Assembly (NCBI GenBank): GCA_037443365.1
Contig: JBBIOM010000002.1
Span: forward strand, 32,001 to 96,000
Direction: 5' to 3'
DNA: 64,000 nucleotides
Source: Armatimonadota bacterium
GTDB lineage: Bacteria > Sysuimicrobiota > Sysuimicrobiia > Sysuimicrobiales > Humicultoraceae
Part shown: positions 48,546 through 57,544 of the stretch, piece after piece
Layout: the number at the start of each line of letters is the position of its first letter
Position numbering within the stretch: the stretch's first letter is position 1
The notes under the pieces: model-generated
What the model saw: the letters and a program-made list of their open reading frames with translations, nothing else
What the model was told of the DNA's origin: nothing
Database searches by the model: none
Translations under genes and position numbers: made by a program

Positions 48546-49415
48546 CTATACGGCCAGCGCTTGGATCACCGGCCGGACCTCCACCAGGTGCCTTCCGAAC
48601 CCCAAGCGTCGCGGACTCGCTCCCAGCGCGAGCGCGGTCAGTTGAGTGAAGAACACCACCGGGAGGGGACGCTCGAACCCCGCCCTGGCGGACGTGGCGC
48701 CCTGCAGCAGATCCAGGTTGAGCTGGCACAGCGGACAGGCAGTGGCCAAGCAGTCGGCGCCCGCTCGGTGGGCCTGCTCCAAGATGCGGCCAACCAGATC
48801 CGCGGCAAGATCGGGCGCCGTGGCGGCCAGGCTGGCGCCACAGCACCAGGTCCTCCCCTGCCACTCGACCACGTCGGCCCCACACGATCCGAGCACGCGC
48901 TCCATGATCCTCGGGTTCTCCGCATCGTCTATCCCACCACACCTGGGCACGCGCACGAGCAGGCAGCCGTAATAGCACGCCACCTTCACTCCTGCCAGAG
49001 ACCGCCGGACCCGCGCGGAGAGGTCGATCTCGTCCAGGACCGAGAGCAGGTGCCGCACCCGGACCCCACCGCCGTAGGCGAGGCCCGCCTGCGCGGCTGC
49101 CTGCGCCGCCTCCGCCGAGGCGCCAAGCTCGTGCTCTGCCTGAACCAGCCTGTGGTGACAGGCGGCGCACGCGGTCAGCACGTCGGTCCCGCGGGCCTGG
49201 GCAATCGCTAGGTTGCGGGCGGGCAGCAGGACCGCCAGGTCCGCGTCCACGAAGTGGGCCGAGCTGGCGCCGCAGCAGTTCCAATCCGGCAGTTCCTTCA
49301 CCTGCATCCCCAGGGCGCGCAGCGTCTCACGCACGGAATCCAGATAGGGGGAGCCGGTGCTCTGCAATGAACAGCCCGGGTACAAGGCGAGCGGCCTGGC
49401 CGGCGCATTCTGCAT
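48546..49415 (-). CDS. hdrB: Heterodisulfide reductase subunit B
   Basis: LYPGCSL, DWNCCGA, ACAAC, YYGC, CCGA, ACPLCQLNLD, FFTQL. Start ATG 49415. Confidence 0.93.
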   Translation of the reverse strand: MQNAPARPLALYPGCSLQSTGSPYLDSVRETLRALGMQVKELPDWNCCGASSAHFVDADLAVLLPARNLAIAQARGTDVLTACAACHHRLVQAEHELGASAEAAQAAAQAGLAYGGGVRVRHLLSVLDEIDLSARVRRSLAGVKVACYYGCLLVRVPRCGGIDDAENPRIMERVLGSCGADVVEWQGRTWCCGASLAATAPDLAADLVGRILEQAHRAGADCLATACPLCQLNLDLLQGATSARAGFERPLPVVFFTQLTALALGASPRRLGFGRHLVEVRPVIQALAV

Positions 49416-49987
49416 CAGCGCCCACCCCCCTTGCCGGTCGTCCGGAACAGGCGGCGGACCTCTTTGCGCCCCCGCACGAGGTGGGGCAGCAGCGCAAGCC
49501 GGCGGTGCCGCACCAGCGCCAGGCCCGTGGCCAGGTCCTGCCGGAGGCGTCCCTGCTGCAGGCTGTGCCCGGCCGAGAGCAGACCCTCGTGGGCCCGACC
49601 GAACATCCACACGGTGCGCAGGAACCACCGGTGGAATCCGAGGATGCCCGCCCTGGGGGGAGGCCCTCCCCTGGCCAGGGAGGCCTGCCGCACCGCGTCC
49701 ATCACCCGGGCGACGTCAATCCCGTTCGGGCACCGGATGGCGCAGGTCTCGCACGCCACGCACAGGTAGGGCGCCGCGGCTTCGAGGACACGCTCCCGGA
49801 GGCCCAACTGCACCGCCTTCATCAGGCGGCTCGGAAGGATGTCCATCGCATGAGCCAGCGGACAGCTCCCGGTGCAGACCCCGCACCCGTAGCAGAGCCG
49901 CACGCGCTCCCCGCTGGCCGCCTCTATGGCCAGCGGCCAGGAGGAATCCCGCGGGGACGGCTGCGTGGGCGCCTCATGCTGGGGCAT
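49415..49987 (-). CDS. hdrC: Heterodisulfide reductase subunit C
   Basis: CYGCGVCTGSCP, CVACETCAIRCP. Confidence 0.9.
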   Translation of the reverse strand: MPQHEAPTQPSPRDSSWPLAIEAASGERVRLCYGCGVCTGSCPLAHAMDILPSRLMKAVQLGLRERVLEAAAPYLCVACETCAIRCPNGIDVARVMDAVRQASLARGGPPPRAGILGFHRWFLRTVWMFGRAHEGLLSAGHSLQQGRLRQDLATGLALVRHRRLALLPHLVRGRKEVRRLFRTTGKGGGR

Positions 49988-51794
49988 GCGATGCCACCTT
50001 CAGGGAGTCGTGCGGCGCATTGAGAAGCGCGCTCATCCTGTGCCAATCGACCGGGGCCAGCGAGGCAACCTGGATTGACTCGGGATCGAGGCCGAGCGTC
50101 CCTGCCAGCGCGCGGGCACGGTCCACCATCCTGCGGGCCGAGGCCGGCCCCACCAGGTGCTCACAGCTCCGATCGTAGCAGCCGCAGAGAAGGACACGCC
50201 GCGCCCCGGCAGCCAGCGGCCGCACGCAGTGAATCGGCTCCAGCCGCCCCAGGCAGGGCACCGGGACAACCAGCACGGACGCGGGGTAGGACAGGCGCAG
50301 CCGTCCCATGGCCCCAAGGGTGGGAACCGCGGAGTTGACGCAGGCAAGCACGACCGTCACGGCCCCGCCCAGAAAGGGGCCCTGCATCAGCGCGTCGATC
50401 TCGGCCAGGAGCCGGCGGTTGGGGCTCTCCGCGACCTGGATCGCTCCGGCAGGACAGGCCGCTGCGCACACCCCGCACCCCTGGCATGCTGCCGGCAGCA
50501 CCCGCATGCTTCCGCCCAGAGCCGTGGTCACGGCCTGGTGAGGGCACAGACGCAGGCATGTCAGGCAGAAGGCACACTTCTCGGTGTCGATGCACGCACG
50601 CCCCGCGATCGCCAGCGTGCCCGGAGCAGCCACGGCGAGCGCGGCCATGGCCGCTGCCTCTCCCTGGCGTGCCGCCTGGACGGCGGTGTACGGGCCGCGC
50701 GCGCCGCCGATCAGGAACACGCCGTTTCGCTCGGTCGCTATGGGCTCCAGGAAGATGCGCTCCCTGGGTGCCCAACCGCCCTGCCGGGGCGCCACGCCGA
50801 GTGCGTCCGCCAGTCTGCGCGCGCCCTGGCGAGTGGCCGCGGCGCCGCCAAGTATCGCATCCACGGTCTCGGTGACAGGGCCCAGCCCAGGCACGTCGGC
50901 GGTGACCACCCATTCGCCGTCAACCTCGCAGACCTGGGGTGGTGCGGCCTCCACGCGGATGAACGTGACTCCCTGCCCCCGCGCCTCGGTGTAGAGTTCC
51001 TCCAATCCGGGTCCGGCAACTCCCATGTCGCGAAAGAGCACGAGCACGCGGCACCCGCAGTCCCGCACCAGGTGCAGGGCGGCCTGCAGCGTTGACTCGG
51101 TCTGTGAGGGCCAGGGATCGCCGTCCAGCAGAAAGGCCACCCTCCTGCCGAACGGGAACTCGGGCAGACCGGGAGATGCGTCGCCGGCCGCGATCACGGC
51201 GCCCACCGTGTGGCGCTCGCTTCCCTCACCGGTCCGGAGCGTGGCCTCGAACTCGCCCGCCTGCCCAACAAGGCGCTCGAGCGTTCCCGCGGCCGGCACC
51301 ACCTCGCAGCCCAGCTCCTCGAGGCGCGCCGCCGCTGCCCCGGAGCCCGGCCCGGTTCCAACCAGCAGCACCCGCCCCGTGGACGTGATCTCGGAGCAGG
51401 CCGCAGGAGGTTGGCCGGCGGCGACGCCGGCCGCGCCCGCGGCCACCATCCTCTGCGCCTTGGCCGTGGCCTGGTCAGGTCGCGGGTGAACCCATGCACA
51501 CCCTTCCCTCACATCTACAAGACAGGCACGGTGTCCTGCTACCCCTGCACCTTCGAGCACTTCCGCGAGCGCCTGCGTCGCGGACGGGATCCCGCATGCC
51601 GCCACCACCAGGCCGTCGGATGCGGTCTCGCGAAGCCAGGCAGCGACGCGCATCCGGCCCGGGCCTGAGCAGAAGTCGTGCGTGATCAGGGCCGAGGCGA
51701 ATCCTGGGGCCGAGGCGATGCGCTCAGGCGCAATGCGGCAGCACAGCGTACCGCCGCATGTGCATACGACCAGGGCCGTCCGCGCGGCGCTCAT
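49974..51794 (-). CDS. Divergent HdrA-like protein fused to a C-terminal MvhD domain (QmoB-like architecture)
   Basis: VCTCGG, FCS, VAAC, VREGCAWVH; degenerate GTGPGSG; CAFCLTC...CP, CQGCGVC...CP; MvhD-like LACVNSA, VPCLGR, GC...C.H. Start ATG 51794. Confidence 0.8.
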   Translation of the reverse strand: MSAARTALVVCTCGGTLCCRIAPERIASAPGFASALITHDFCSGPGRMRVAAWLRETASDGLVVAACGIPSATQALAEVLEGAGVAGHRACLVDVREGCAWVHPRPDQATAKAQRMVAAGAAGVAAGQPPAACSEITSTGRVLLVGTGPGSGAAAARLEELGCEVVPAAGTLERLVGQAGEFEATLRTGEGSERHTVGAVIAAGDASPGLPEFPFGRRVAFLLDGDPWPSQTESTLQAALHLVRDCGCRVLVLFRDMGVAGPGLEELYTEARGQGVTFIRVEAAPPQVCEVDGEWVVTADVPGLGPVTETVDAILGGAAATRQGARRLADALGVAPRQGGWAPRERIFLEPIATERNGVFLIGGARGPYTAVQAARQGEAAAMAALAVAAPGTLAIAGRACIDTEKCAFCLTCLRLCPHQAVTTALGGSMRVLPAACQGCGVCAAACPAGAIQVAESPNRRLLAEIDALMQGPFLGGAVTVVLACVNSAVPTLGAMGRLRLSYPASVLVVPVPCLGRLEPIHCVRPLAAGARRVLLCGCYDRSCEHLVGPASARRMVDRARALAGTLGLDPESIQVASLAPVDWHRMSALLNAPHDSLKVASHAPA

Positions 51795-52993
51795 CCCAGA
51801 CCCTCCAGAACCCGAAGCGCGGCCCCCGCGGCACGGAGCCCATCCCCGATGGCCTCTGGGATGCTGGCCGGGCCCCCACACGCGCCGGCCGCCACGATGC
51901 CTGGAGCAGAACCCGACGCCGGTCTCTCAACCAGCGGCGGCGCGCCCGCGGCTGCCGCCGCAGCATCCATGCCCACCGCCAGAACCACCAGATCGAACAC
52001 CCCCTGGCGCCTTGCGGCGGTGGCGACATCCTCGTATACAAGCATCAGCCCCTCGGGCTCGCCGAGCACCTCCGCAGGGATACCGCGCACAAGGCGGATC
52101 TCTGGAGGCAGGTCATCGAACAGCCGGGCGACCCCTGGGGCTGCTCGCTGCAGATCCATGTAGAAGAGCGTGACCTCAAGGCCCGGCATCTCACGCGCCA
52201 TGCGGCTGGCCAGGCGCAGCACGGTGGGACAGCATACCTGAGAACACCATCCCCTGCCGGCGGCCAGGTCCCTGGAGCCGACGCAGTGGATCATGGCCAC
52301 GCGCCGGCGCGCCGGCATCAGGCGCGTCAGGTACGCGAGGCCGTGCTGCCACAGGCCCTTTTCCAGGTCCATGGTTGTGATCACGCCCGGGTGCCGGCCG
52401 TAGCCGAACTGCCCCTTGCGGGCCGCCGGGAACGGCTCGAACCCCGTGGCCAGCACCACCACGTCCGCGGTCACCAGTTCTTCGCGCTGAGAATCATCCA
52501 GCGACATGGCGTCGAAGGGGCATGCTTCACTGCAGACCGCGCATTCCTCGCCCCGGGCGCGCAGACACGCCGTGGGGTCGACAACATAAGCCACAGGCAG
52601 GGCCTGGGGGTGCGGTTGGGCTATCGCGGAGGCCGGACAAAGTTCAGCGCATCTTCCGCACCCGGTGCAGCGCGACACGTCCACGCCCCGGGGCCTGTGG
52701 GCCAGGCGAACGGCGAATTCGCCCGGCCCCCCTTCAATCCCCAGCACGCGCGTGTCCACGCTCAGCGTTATCCCGGCATCCGCGTGCACCGCCCTGGAGG
52801 CGCGAAAGGCCAGGCATACCCCGCAGAGAGTGCAGTCGGAGTCGGCCTTGCAGGCGTAGCCTGCTGCCCATCCGCCGACCGAGGGCCCCTGCTCGGCCAG
52901 CAGGACGCGAACCCCCCGGGCAGCCAGAGCCTGCGCTGCCGTAAGGCCGGCGGGCCCGGCCCCCACCACGACCGCGCTGCGTGTGTCGCTCAG
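51791..52993 (-). CDS. Short HdrA-like FAD/Fe-S protein (QmoA-like size)
   Basis: VVGAGPAG, CK..DCTLCG.C, CTGCGRC...CP, C..C..ACP, VLATGF, HCVGSRD, WCSQVCC, AGACGGP. Start proposed as CTG 52993; the ORF track gives GTG 52969. Confidence 0.82.
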   Translation of the reverse strand: MSDTRSAVVVGAGPAGLTAAQALAARGVRVLLAEQGPSVGGWAAGYACKADSDCTLCGVCLAFRASRAVHADAGITLSVDTRVLGIEGGPGEFAVRLAHRPRGVDVSRCTGCGRCAELCPASAIAQPHPQALPVAYVVDPTACLRARGEECAVCSEACPFDAMSLDDSQREELVTADVVVLATGFEPFPAARKGQFGYGRHPGVITTMDLEKGLWQHGLAYLTRLMPARRRVAMIHCVGSRDLAAGRGWCSQVCCPTVLRLASRMAREMPGLEVTLFYMDLQRAAPGVARLFDDLPPEIRLVRGIPAEVLGEPEGLMLVYEDVATAARRQGVFDLVVLAVGMDAAAAAAGAPPLVERPASGSAPGIVAAGACGGPASIPEAIGDGLRAAGAALRVLEGLG

Positions 52994-54699
52994 AACAGTC
53001 CCACCACCTTGCCTGTCTTCAAGTCGATGTCCACCCGGACGGCGGCCGGCGTCTTGGGCAGGCCGGGCATGGTGCGCATCTGCCCGCAGAGCGGGTAGAG
53101 GAACCCTGCTCCCACCGAAGCCCGGATGTCCCGCACCGTCACGCGGAAGTTCCTCGGCCGGTTCTTGAGCGCCGGGTTGTCCGACAGCGACAGGTGCGAC
53201 TTGGCCATGCAGATCGGGAGCTTGTCATAGCCCAGCTTGGTGTAGAGCTTGAGCTTGGCCTCCGCGGCCGGCTCGAAGTCCACACCGTCGGCGCCGTAGA
53301 CCCGGGTGGCGATGGTCTCGATCTTCTCGCGGATCGGCATCTCCAGCGGGTACAGGAACTCCATGGCGCCTGGGCCTTCGGCGGCCCGGACCACGGCCTT
53401 GGCAAGCTCGAGCGCGCCTTCCCCGCCGCGGGCGTGGTGATCGCTCGTGACGGCATCCAGGGCGCCTGCGGCCAGCGAGGCCTCACGCACCGCCTCGATC
53501 TCGCGCGCGGTATCGGTGGGGAAGAGGTTGATGGCCACCACGACGGGCAGGCCGTGCATCCGCATGTTCTCGATGTGCTTCTGGAGGTTCTCGCAGCCGC
53601 GCGTGACCGCCTCGACGTTCTCACTCACGAGCTCAGGCGGAAGCGGCCGGCCCGGGACCACGCGACCCACGCCTCCGTGCATCTTGAGGGCCCGGATGGT
53701 TGCCACCACAACCGCCGCGTTCAGCTTGAGCCCGGAGTAGCGGCACTTGACATTGAGCATCTTCTCGGCGCCAATATCGGCCCCGAATCCGCTCTCCGTG
53801 ACCACGTAGTCGGCCACCTTGACCGCGATCTTGTCGGCGACGATGGAGTTGTTGCCGTGGGCGATGTTGGCAAACGGCCCGGCGTGCACGATGACCGGGG
53901 TGTTCTCAACGGTCTGGATCAGCGTGGGCATCAGGGCGTCCTTCAGCAGCACCGCCATGGCACCCGCCGCCTTGAGGTCCTCGGCGGTCACAGGGTCGCC
54001 GTCCTCGTTGGTGCCGATCACGATCCGCCCCAGGCGCGCCCGCAGGTCGTTCAGGTCGCTGGCCAGTGCCAGGATCGCCATCACCTCGGAGGCCACGGTT
54101 ATGTCGAAGCCGGTCGCCCGCGGCCGGCCGTCGTCCTTGGTGCCCAGGCCGATGACGATGTTGCGCAGGGCCCTGTCGCTGATGTCCATCACGCGCGGCC
54201 ACGTGATCGAGTAGGGGTCGATGCGCAACTCGTTGCCCTGCGAGATGTGGTTGTCAATCATCGCCGCGAGCAGGTTGTGGGCGACACCGACCGCGTGAAT
54301 ATCCCCTGTGAAGTGGAGGTTGAAGTCCTCCATGGGGACAGCCTGCGAGTAGCCGCCACCGGCGGCGCCGCCCTTGATGCCGAAGGTTGGCCCCATCGAG
54401 GGCTGGCGGAGGGTGTTGATGGTCTTGTGACCGAGCTTGTTGAGCGCCATCCCAAGGCCGATCGCGGTCGTGGTCTTGCCCTCCCCCAGCGGCGTCGGCG
54501 TGATAGCGGTGACCATGACGTACTTGCCGCTCGGACGGGCGTCCAGGCGATCCATCACGTCGAGATGTACCTTGGCCTTGTACTTCCCGTACATGTCCAG
54601 GTCGTCCTCGGTAAGGCCCAGACGCTTCGCGATCTCAAGAACCGGAAGAAGCCTGGCCTCCTGGGCAATCTCAAGGTCGCTTCCGATCTTTCTGCTCAT
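52990..54699 (-). CDS. fhs: Formate--tetrahydrofolate ligase
   Basis: TAITPTPLGEGKTT, RQPSMGP.FG.KGGAAGGGY.Q, NLHFTGD, HAGPFANIAHG, TESGFGAD.G.EK, TMPGLP. Start ATG 54699. Confidence 0.97.
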   Translation of the reverse strand: MSRKIGSDLEIAQEARLLPVLEIAKRLGLTEDDLDMYGKYKAKVHLDVMDRLDARPSGKYVMVTAITPTPLGEGKTTTAIGLGMALNKLGHKTINTLRQPSMGPTFGIKGGAAGGGYSQAVPMEDFNLHFTGDIHAVGVAHNLLAAMIDNHISQGNELRIDPYSITWPRVMDISDRALRNIVIGLGTKDDGRPRATGFDITVASEVMAILALASDLNDLRARLGRIVIGTNEDGDPVTAEDLKAAGAMAVLLKDALMPTLIQTVENTPVIVHAGPFANIAHGNNSIVADKIAVKVADYVVTESGFGADIGAEKMLNVKCRYSGLKLNAAVVVATIRALKMHGGVGRVVPGRPLPPELVSENVEAVTRGCENLQKHIENMRMHGLPVVVAINLFPTDTAREIEAVREASLAAGALDAVTSDHHARGGEGALELAKAVVRAAEGPGAMEFLYPLEMPIREKIETIATRVYGADGVDFEPAAEAKLKLYTKLGYDKLPICMAKSHLSLSDNPALKNRPRNFRVTVRDIRASVGAGFLYPLCGQMRTMPGLPKTPAAVRVDIDLKTGKVVGLF

Positions 54700-55385
54700 G
54701 CGGTCGCCTCCTCGACGGGTGCTTTGACGTCCTCTCGAACAACCTGCCGCGGCCGTCCGGTCGCGGCGACTGACCAGTCCTTCGGATCCATGATGACGCG
54801 CAGGGACTCCATCTCTCCCAGTGCCTGGAGCCGGTTGTAGATCAGCAGCCAGGCGCAGTCCACCGAAGCATCCACCTCGCACTTGCCGTCGCGATAACCC
54901 CCGCACGGCCCGTTCAGCAATCCCTTGGAGCAGCGCGCTATCGGGCAGATTCCGCCCGTCCGATCAAGAACGCACTCGCCGCACCCGCGGCAGCGCTCGG
55001 CCCACACCCCAGGCTGAAGGGTGATACCCATGAACCTGGTGTCGAGCAGCGGGAACACACGGCGGTGGGGGAAGGTCTCGGCCATCAACTGAACCCCACA
55101 CCCGCACCCCATCGAGAACACCGCCTCGGCCGCCTCCACCTGGGGAGCCAGCGGCAGGATGAACTCTTGATCGCACTGGCGGTGCACCGTGGCCTCGATC
55201 GTCTCGACCGGAGCGCCCTGGGCGCGGCGGGCCAGCCGCGCCAGCGAGCTGAGCACGGAGACCTCGCGCTCGCCCCCGGCGAGGCAGACCGACACGCAGC
55301 TGGCGCAGCCGACGACCAGCACCCGCCCGTACGGTGCCATCATCTTGAGGACGGCCTCCAGCGGCTTCTGCTCGGCAACAATCAT
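54696..55385 (-). CDS. metV: Methylene-THF reductase Fe-S subunit MetV (copy 2)
   Basis: MIVAEQKP, GCASC..VC..GG, RQCD, GCGCGVQ, CRGCGEC....GGICP..RCSK.LLNGPCGG, CAW. Confidence 0.92.
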   Translation of the reverse strand: MIVAEQKPLEAVLKMMAPYGRVLVVGCASCVSVCLAGGEREVSVLSSLARLARRAQGAPVETIEATVHRQCDQEFILPLAPQVEAAEAVFSMGCGCGVQLMAETFPHRRVFPLLDTRFMGITLQPGVWAERCRGCGECVLDRTGGICPIARCSKGLLNGPCGGYRDGKCEVDASVDCAWLLIYNRLQALGEMESLRVIMDPKDWSVAATGRPRQVVREDVKAPVEEATA

Positions 55386-55394
55386 GGCGCCCTC

Positions 55395-56729
55395 CTATCC
55401 CGCCCGGAGCGCGGGGGTGGCGGCCAGGTGGGCGAGCACCGGGCCGGCCACGTGGAACGAGCCGGTCACACAGACAACATCCTCGGGGGAAGCGGCTTCG
55501 AGCGCGCACTCGAGCGCGCCTACCGGGTCCTCCACGATGCGAACGTCGGAAACGCCTGCGCAGAACGCGAGCGCCACGTCGGCCGGCGGCAGCGCCCGGT
55601 CGTCGTCGGCCCTTGTCGCGACCACGACCGAGGCCCTGGGCGCGATGATGCGGGCGATGCCCGACAGGTCCTTGTTGCCGAGCACCCCGATCACCAGCAC
55701 GACACGGCGCCCCGAGAAGACCTCGTCCAGCACGCCGCGCAGCGCCCTGAAGGAGACGGCGTTGTGCGCCACGTCCACTATCAGCGTGGGGCGCCACGGC
55801 CGGACCACCTCGATCCGCGCGGGCCAGCGCAGGCCGGCGAGACCTGCCCGCACCGCCTCCTCGCCGACCGCAAACCCGGCGCCGGCAAGCCCCTCGGCCG
55901 CGCCGATGGCCGTCGCCGCGTTGAGGGCCTGATGCCGCCCGAGAAGCGGTATGGCAAGGTCCCGGTAGGAGCGCAGCCCTCCGCTGACGGTGACCCTGAT
56001 CCCCGCCATCGAGGAGCTAAGCGTCCGGTAGCGGATCTCGCGGCCCACCCTGACAAGCGTGGCACCCCTGCCGGCGGCGGCCTGCTCGATCACCTCTCTG
56101 GCCGCCTCCGCCTGCGGAACGGTCACGGCCAGGCCGCCGGGGCGGATGATCCCGGTGTCCTCCTCCGCGATGCGCCGGAGGCTGTTGCCCAGCAGGTCGG
56201 TGTGGTCGTACCCCACCGTGGTGATGACCGAGACGAGCGGGTTCACCACGTTGGTGGCGTCCAGCCGCCCCCCGATGCCAACCTCCACGACGGCCAGGTC
56301 CACGGCCTGCCGCGCGAAGTGCATGAACGCGACCGCGGCCGAGGCGTCAAAGTAGGTCGGAGGCCAGCCCGGGCCGCCCTGCCCGCGATCGATCGCATCG
56401 CGCACCTCGGCCACGAGGAGGGACAGGTCACCCTTCGATATCAGCTCGCCGTTCGTGCGCACACGCTCCCTGAAGTCCACCAGGTGAGGCTTGGTGTAGA
56501 GGCCTACCCGGTGGCCGGCCGCCTGCGCCATCGCGGCGATCATCGCGGCCGTGGAGCCCTTGCCCTTCGTTCCCGCAACGAGCACCGCGGGGAATCGCTG
56601 CTCGGGGTCCCCGAGCAGTTCGCAGAGGCGCCGCATGCGCTCCAGCTTGACGGGCGTGTACGGAGCCGGCTGAGAGAACCGGCCGGCTATCAGCCCGTTG
56701 AGATAGGCGATCGACTCCTCGTAGTTCAT
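55395..56729 (-). CDS. folC: Folylpolyglutamate synthase / dihydrofolate synthase
   Basis: VAGTKGKGST, GLYT.PHL..FRER, EVGIGGRLDATN, DHTDLLG, HQ..NA, WPARIE, DVAHN, TGSF. Confidence 0.95.
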   Translation of the reverse strand: MNYEESIAYLNGLIAGRFSQPAPYTPVKLERMRRLCELLGDPEQRFPAVLVAGTKGKGSTAAMIAAMAQAAGHRVGLYTKPHLVDFRERVRTNGELISKGDLSLLVAEVRDAIDRGQGGPGWPPTYFDASAAVAFMHFARQAVDLAVVEVGIGGRLDATNVVNPLVSVITTVGYDHTDLLGNSLRRIAEEDTGIIRPGGLAVTVPQAEAAREVIEQAAAGRGATLVRVGREIRYRTLSSSMAGIRVTVSGGLRSYRDLAIPLLGRHQALNAATAIGAAEGLAGAGFAVGEEAVRAGLAGLRWPARIEVVRPWRPTLIVDVAHNAVSFRALRGVLDEVFSGRRVVLVIGVLGNKDLSGIARIIAPRASVVVATRADDDRALPPADVALAFCAGVSDVRIVEDPVGALECALEAASPEDVVCVTGSFHVAGPVLAHLAATPALRAG

Positions 56730-56744
56730 CCCGGCTCCCGGCCG

Positions 56745-57530
56745 CTAGCCAGTCCGCACCTGTAGGTAGTTGTCGCAGTAGATCTCCCGGTTGAGGAGCA
56801 CGTTGGCGGTCCGCAGCGCATCCATCAGCTCCTGATCGAGCGGGTCCAGGATGGCTGCGTCCAGACCCATGGCCATGGCCATCGTCAGGAAAGTGCGATT
56901 GACCAGGCCGCGGTTGGGCGCGCCCTGGGAGACGTTGCTCAACCCGACGATGATGTGCGGGGTGGGCTCGCACAGTGACAGGAACGACGGGATCGCCCGC
57001 AGGGCTTCAGGGCCCTGCGCCTGTGCGGCGTTCACCGGCAGCACGATCGGGTCCAGGTACAGCCGATCGGTCGGCAGGCCCGCCTCCATGGCCCGCGCAA
57101 CGATGTTGAGCGCGATCTCGGCGCGCGCCTGCGCGTTGCGCGGGATGCCGCGCTCGTCAATCGTGAGGCCTATCAACCCGGCGTTGTGCTCCACCGCCAG
57201 CGGCAGCAGCGCGTCGAGCTTCTCCGCCGCGCCTGTCGTGGAGTTGATGATGGCGGGACGCCGGCACGCGCGCAGCCCCGCGGCGATCACCGCCGGCTTG
57301 GGGCTGTCGAGCGAGAGCGTGGCATCCACGGCGTCCTGGACGGTCTCCACCAGCCAGGTCATCACCTCTGCCGGGTCCTCGCCCGTGGGCCCGGTGTTCA
57401 GGTCCAGGGCGTTGGCCCCGGCGCTCACCTGCCTCCTGGCCAGGTCGGCGATCGCGGCCGTGTCGCGCTCGCGTATCGCGCGGGCCACCGATCGAAACAT
57501 CCCGTTGATCCGCTCACCCACGATGTACAT
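56745..57530 (-). CDS. acsE: Methyl-THF:corrinoid Fe-S protein methyltransferase
   Basis: IVGERINGMF, AGA.ALD.N.GP, LSLDS, IINS, DP..LPV, GLSNVSQ, GLDAAI. Confidence 0.92.
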   Translation of the reverse strand: MYIVGERINGMFRSVARAIRERDTAAIADLARRQVSAGANALDLNTGPTGEDPAEVMTWLVETVQDAVDATLSLDSPKPAVIAAGLRACRRPAIINSTTGAAEKLDALLPLAVEHNAGLIGLTIDERGIPRNAQARAEIALNIVARAMEAGLPTDRLYLDPIVLPVNAAQAQGPEALRAIPSFLSLCEPTPHIIVGLSNVSQGAPNRGLVNRTFLTMAMAMGLDAAILDPLDQELMDALRTANVLLNREIYCDNYLQVRTG

Positions 57531-57544
57531 CTGGCTCCTCCTTG

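Noticed and set aside
52981-56765. Long plus-strand ORFs (619 aa and 566 aa)
   Set aside because: Antisense to fhs, metV and folC; no recognisable domains.
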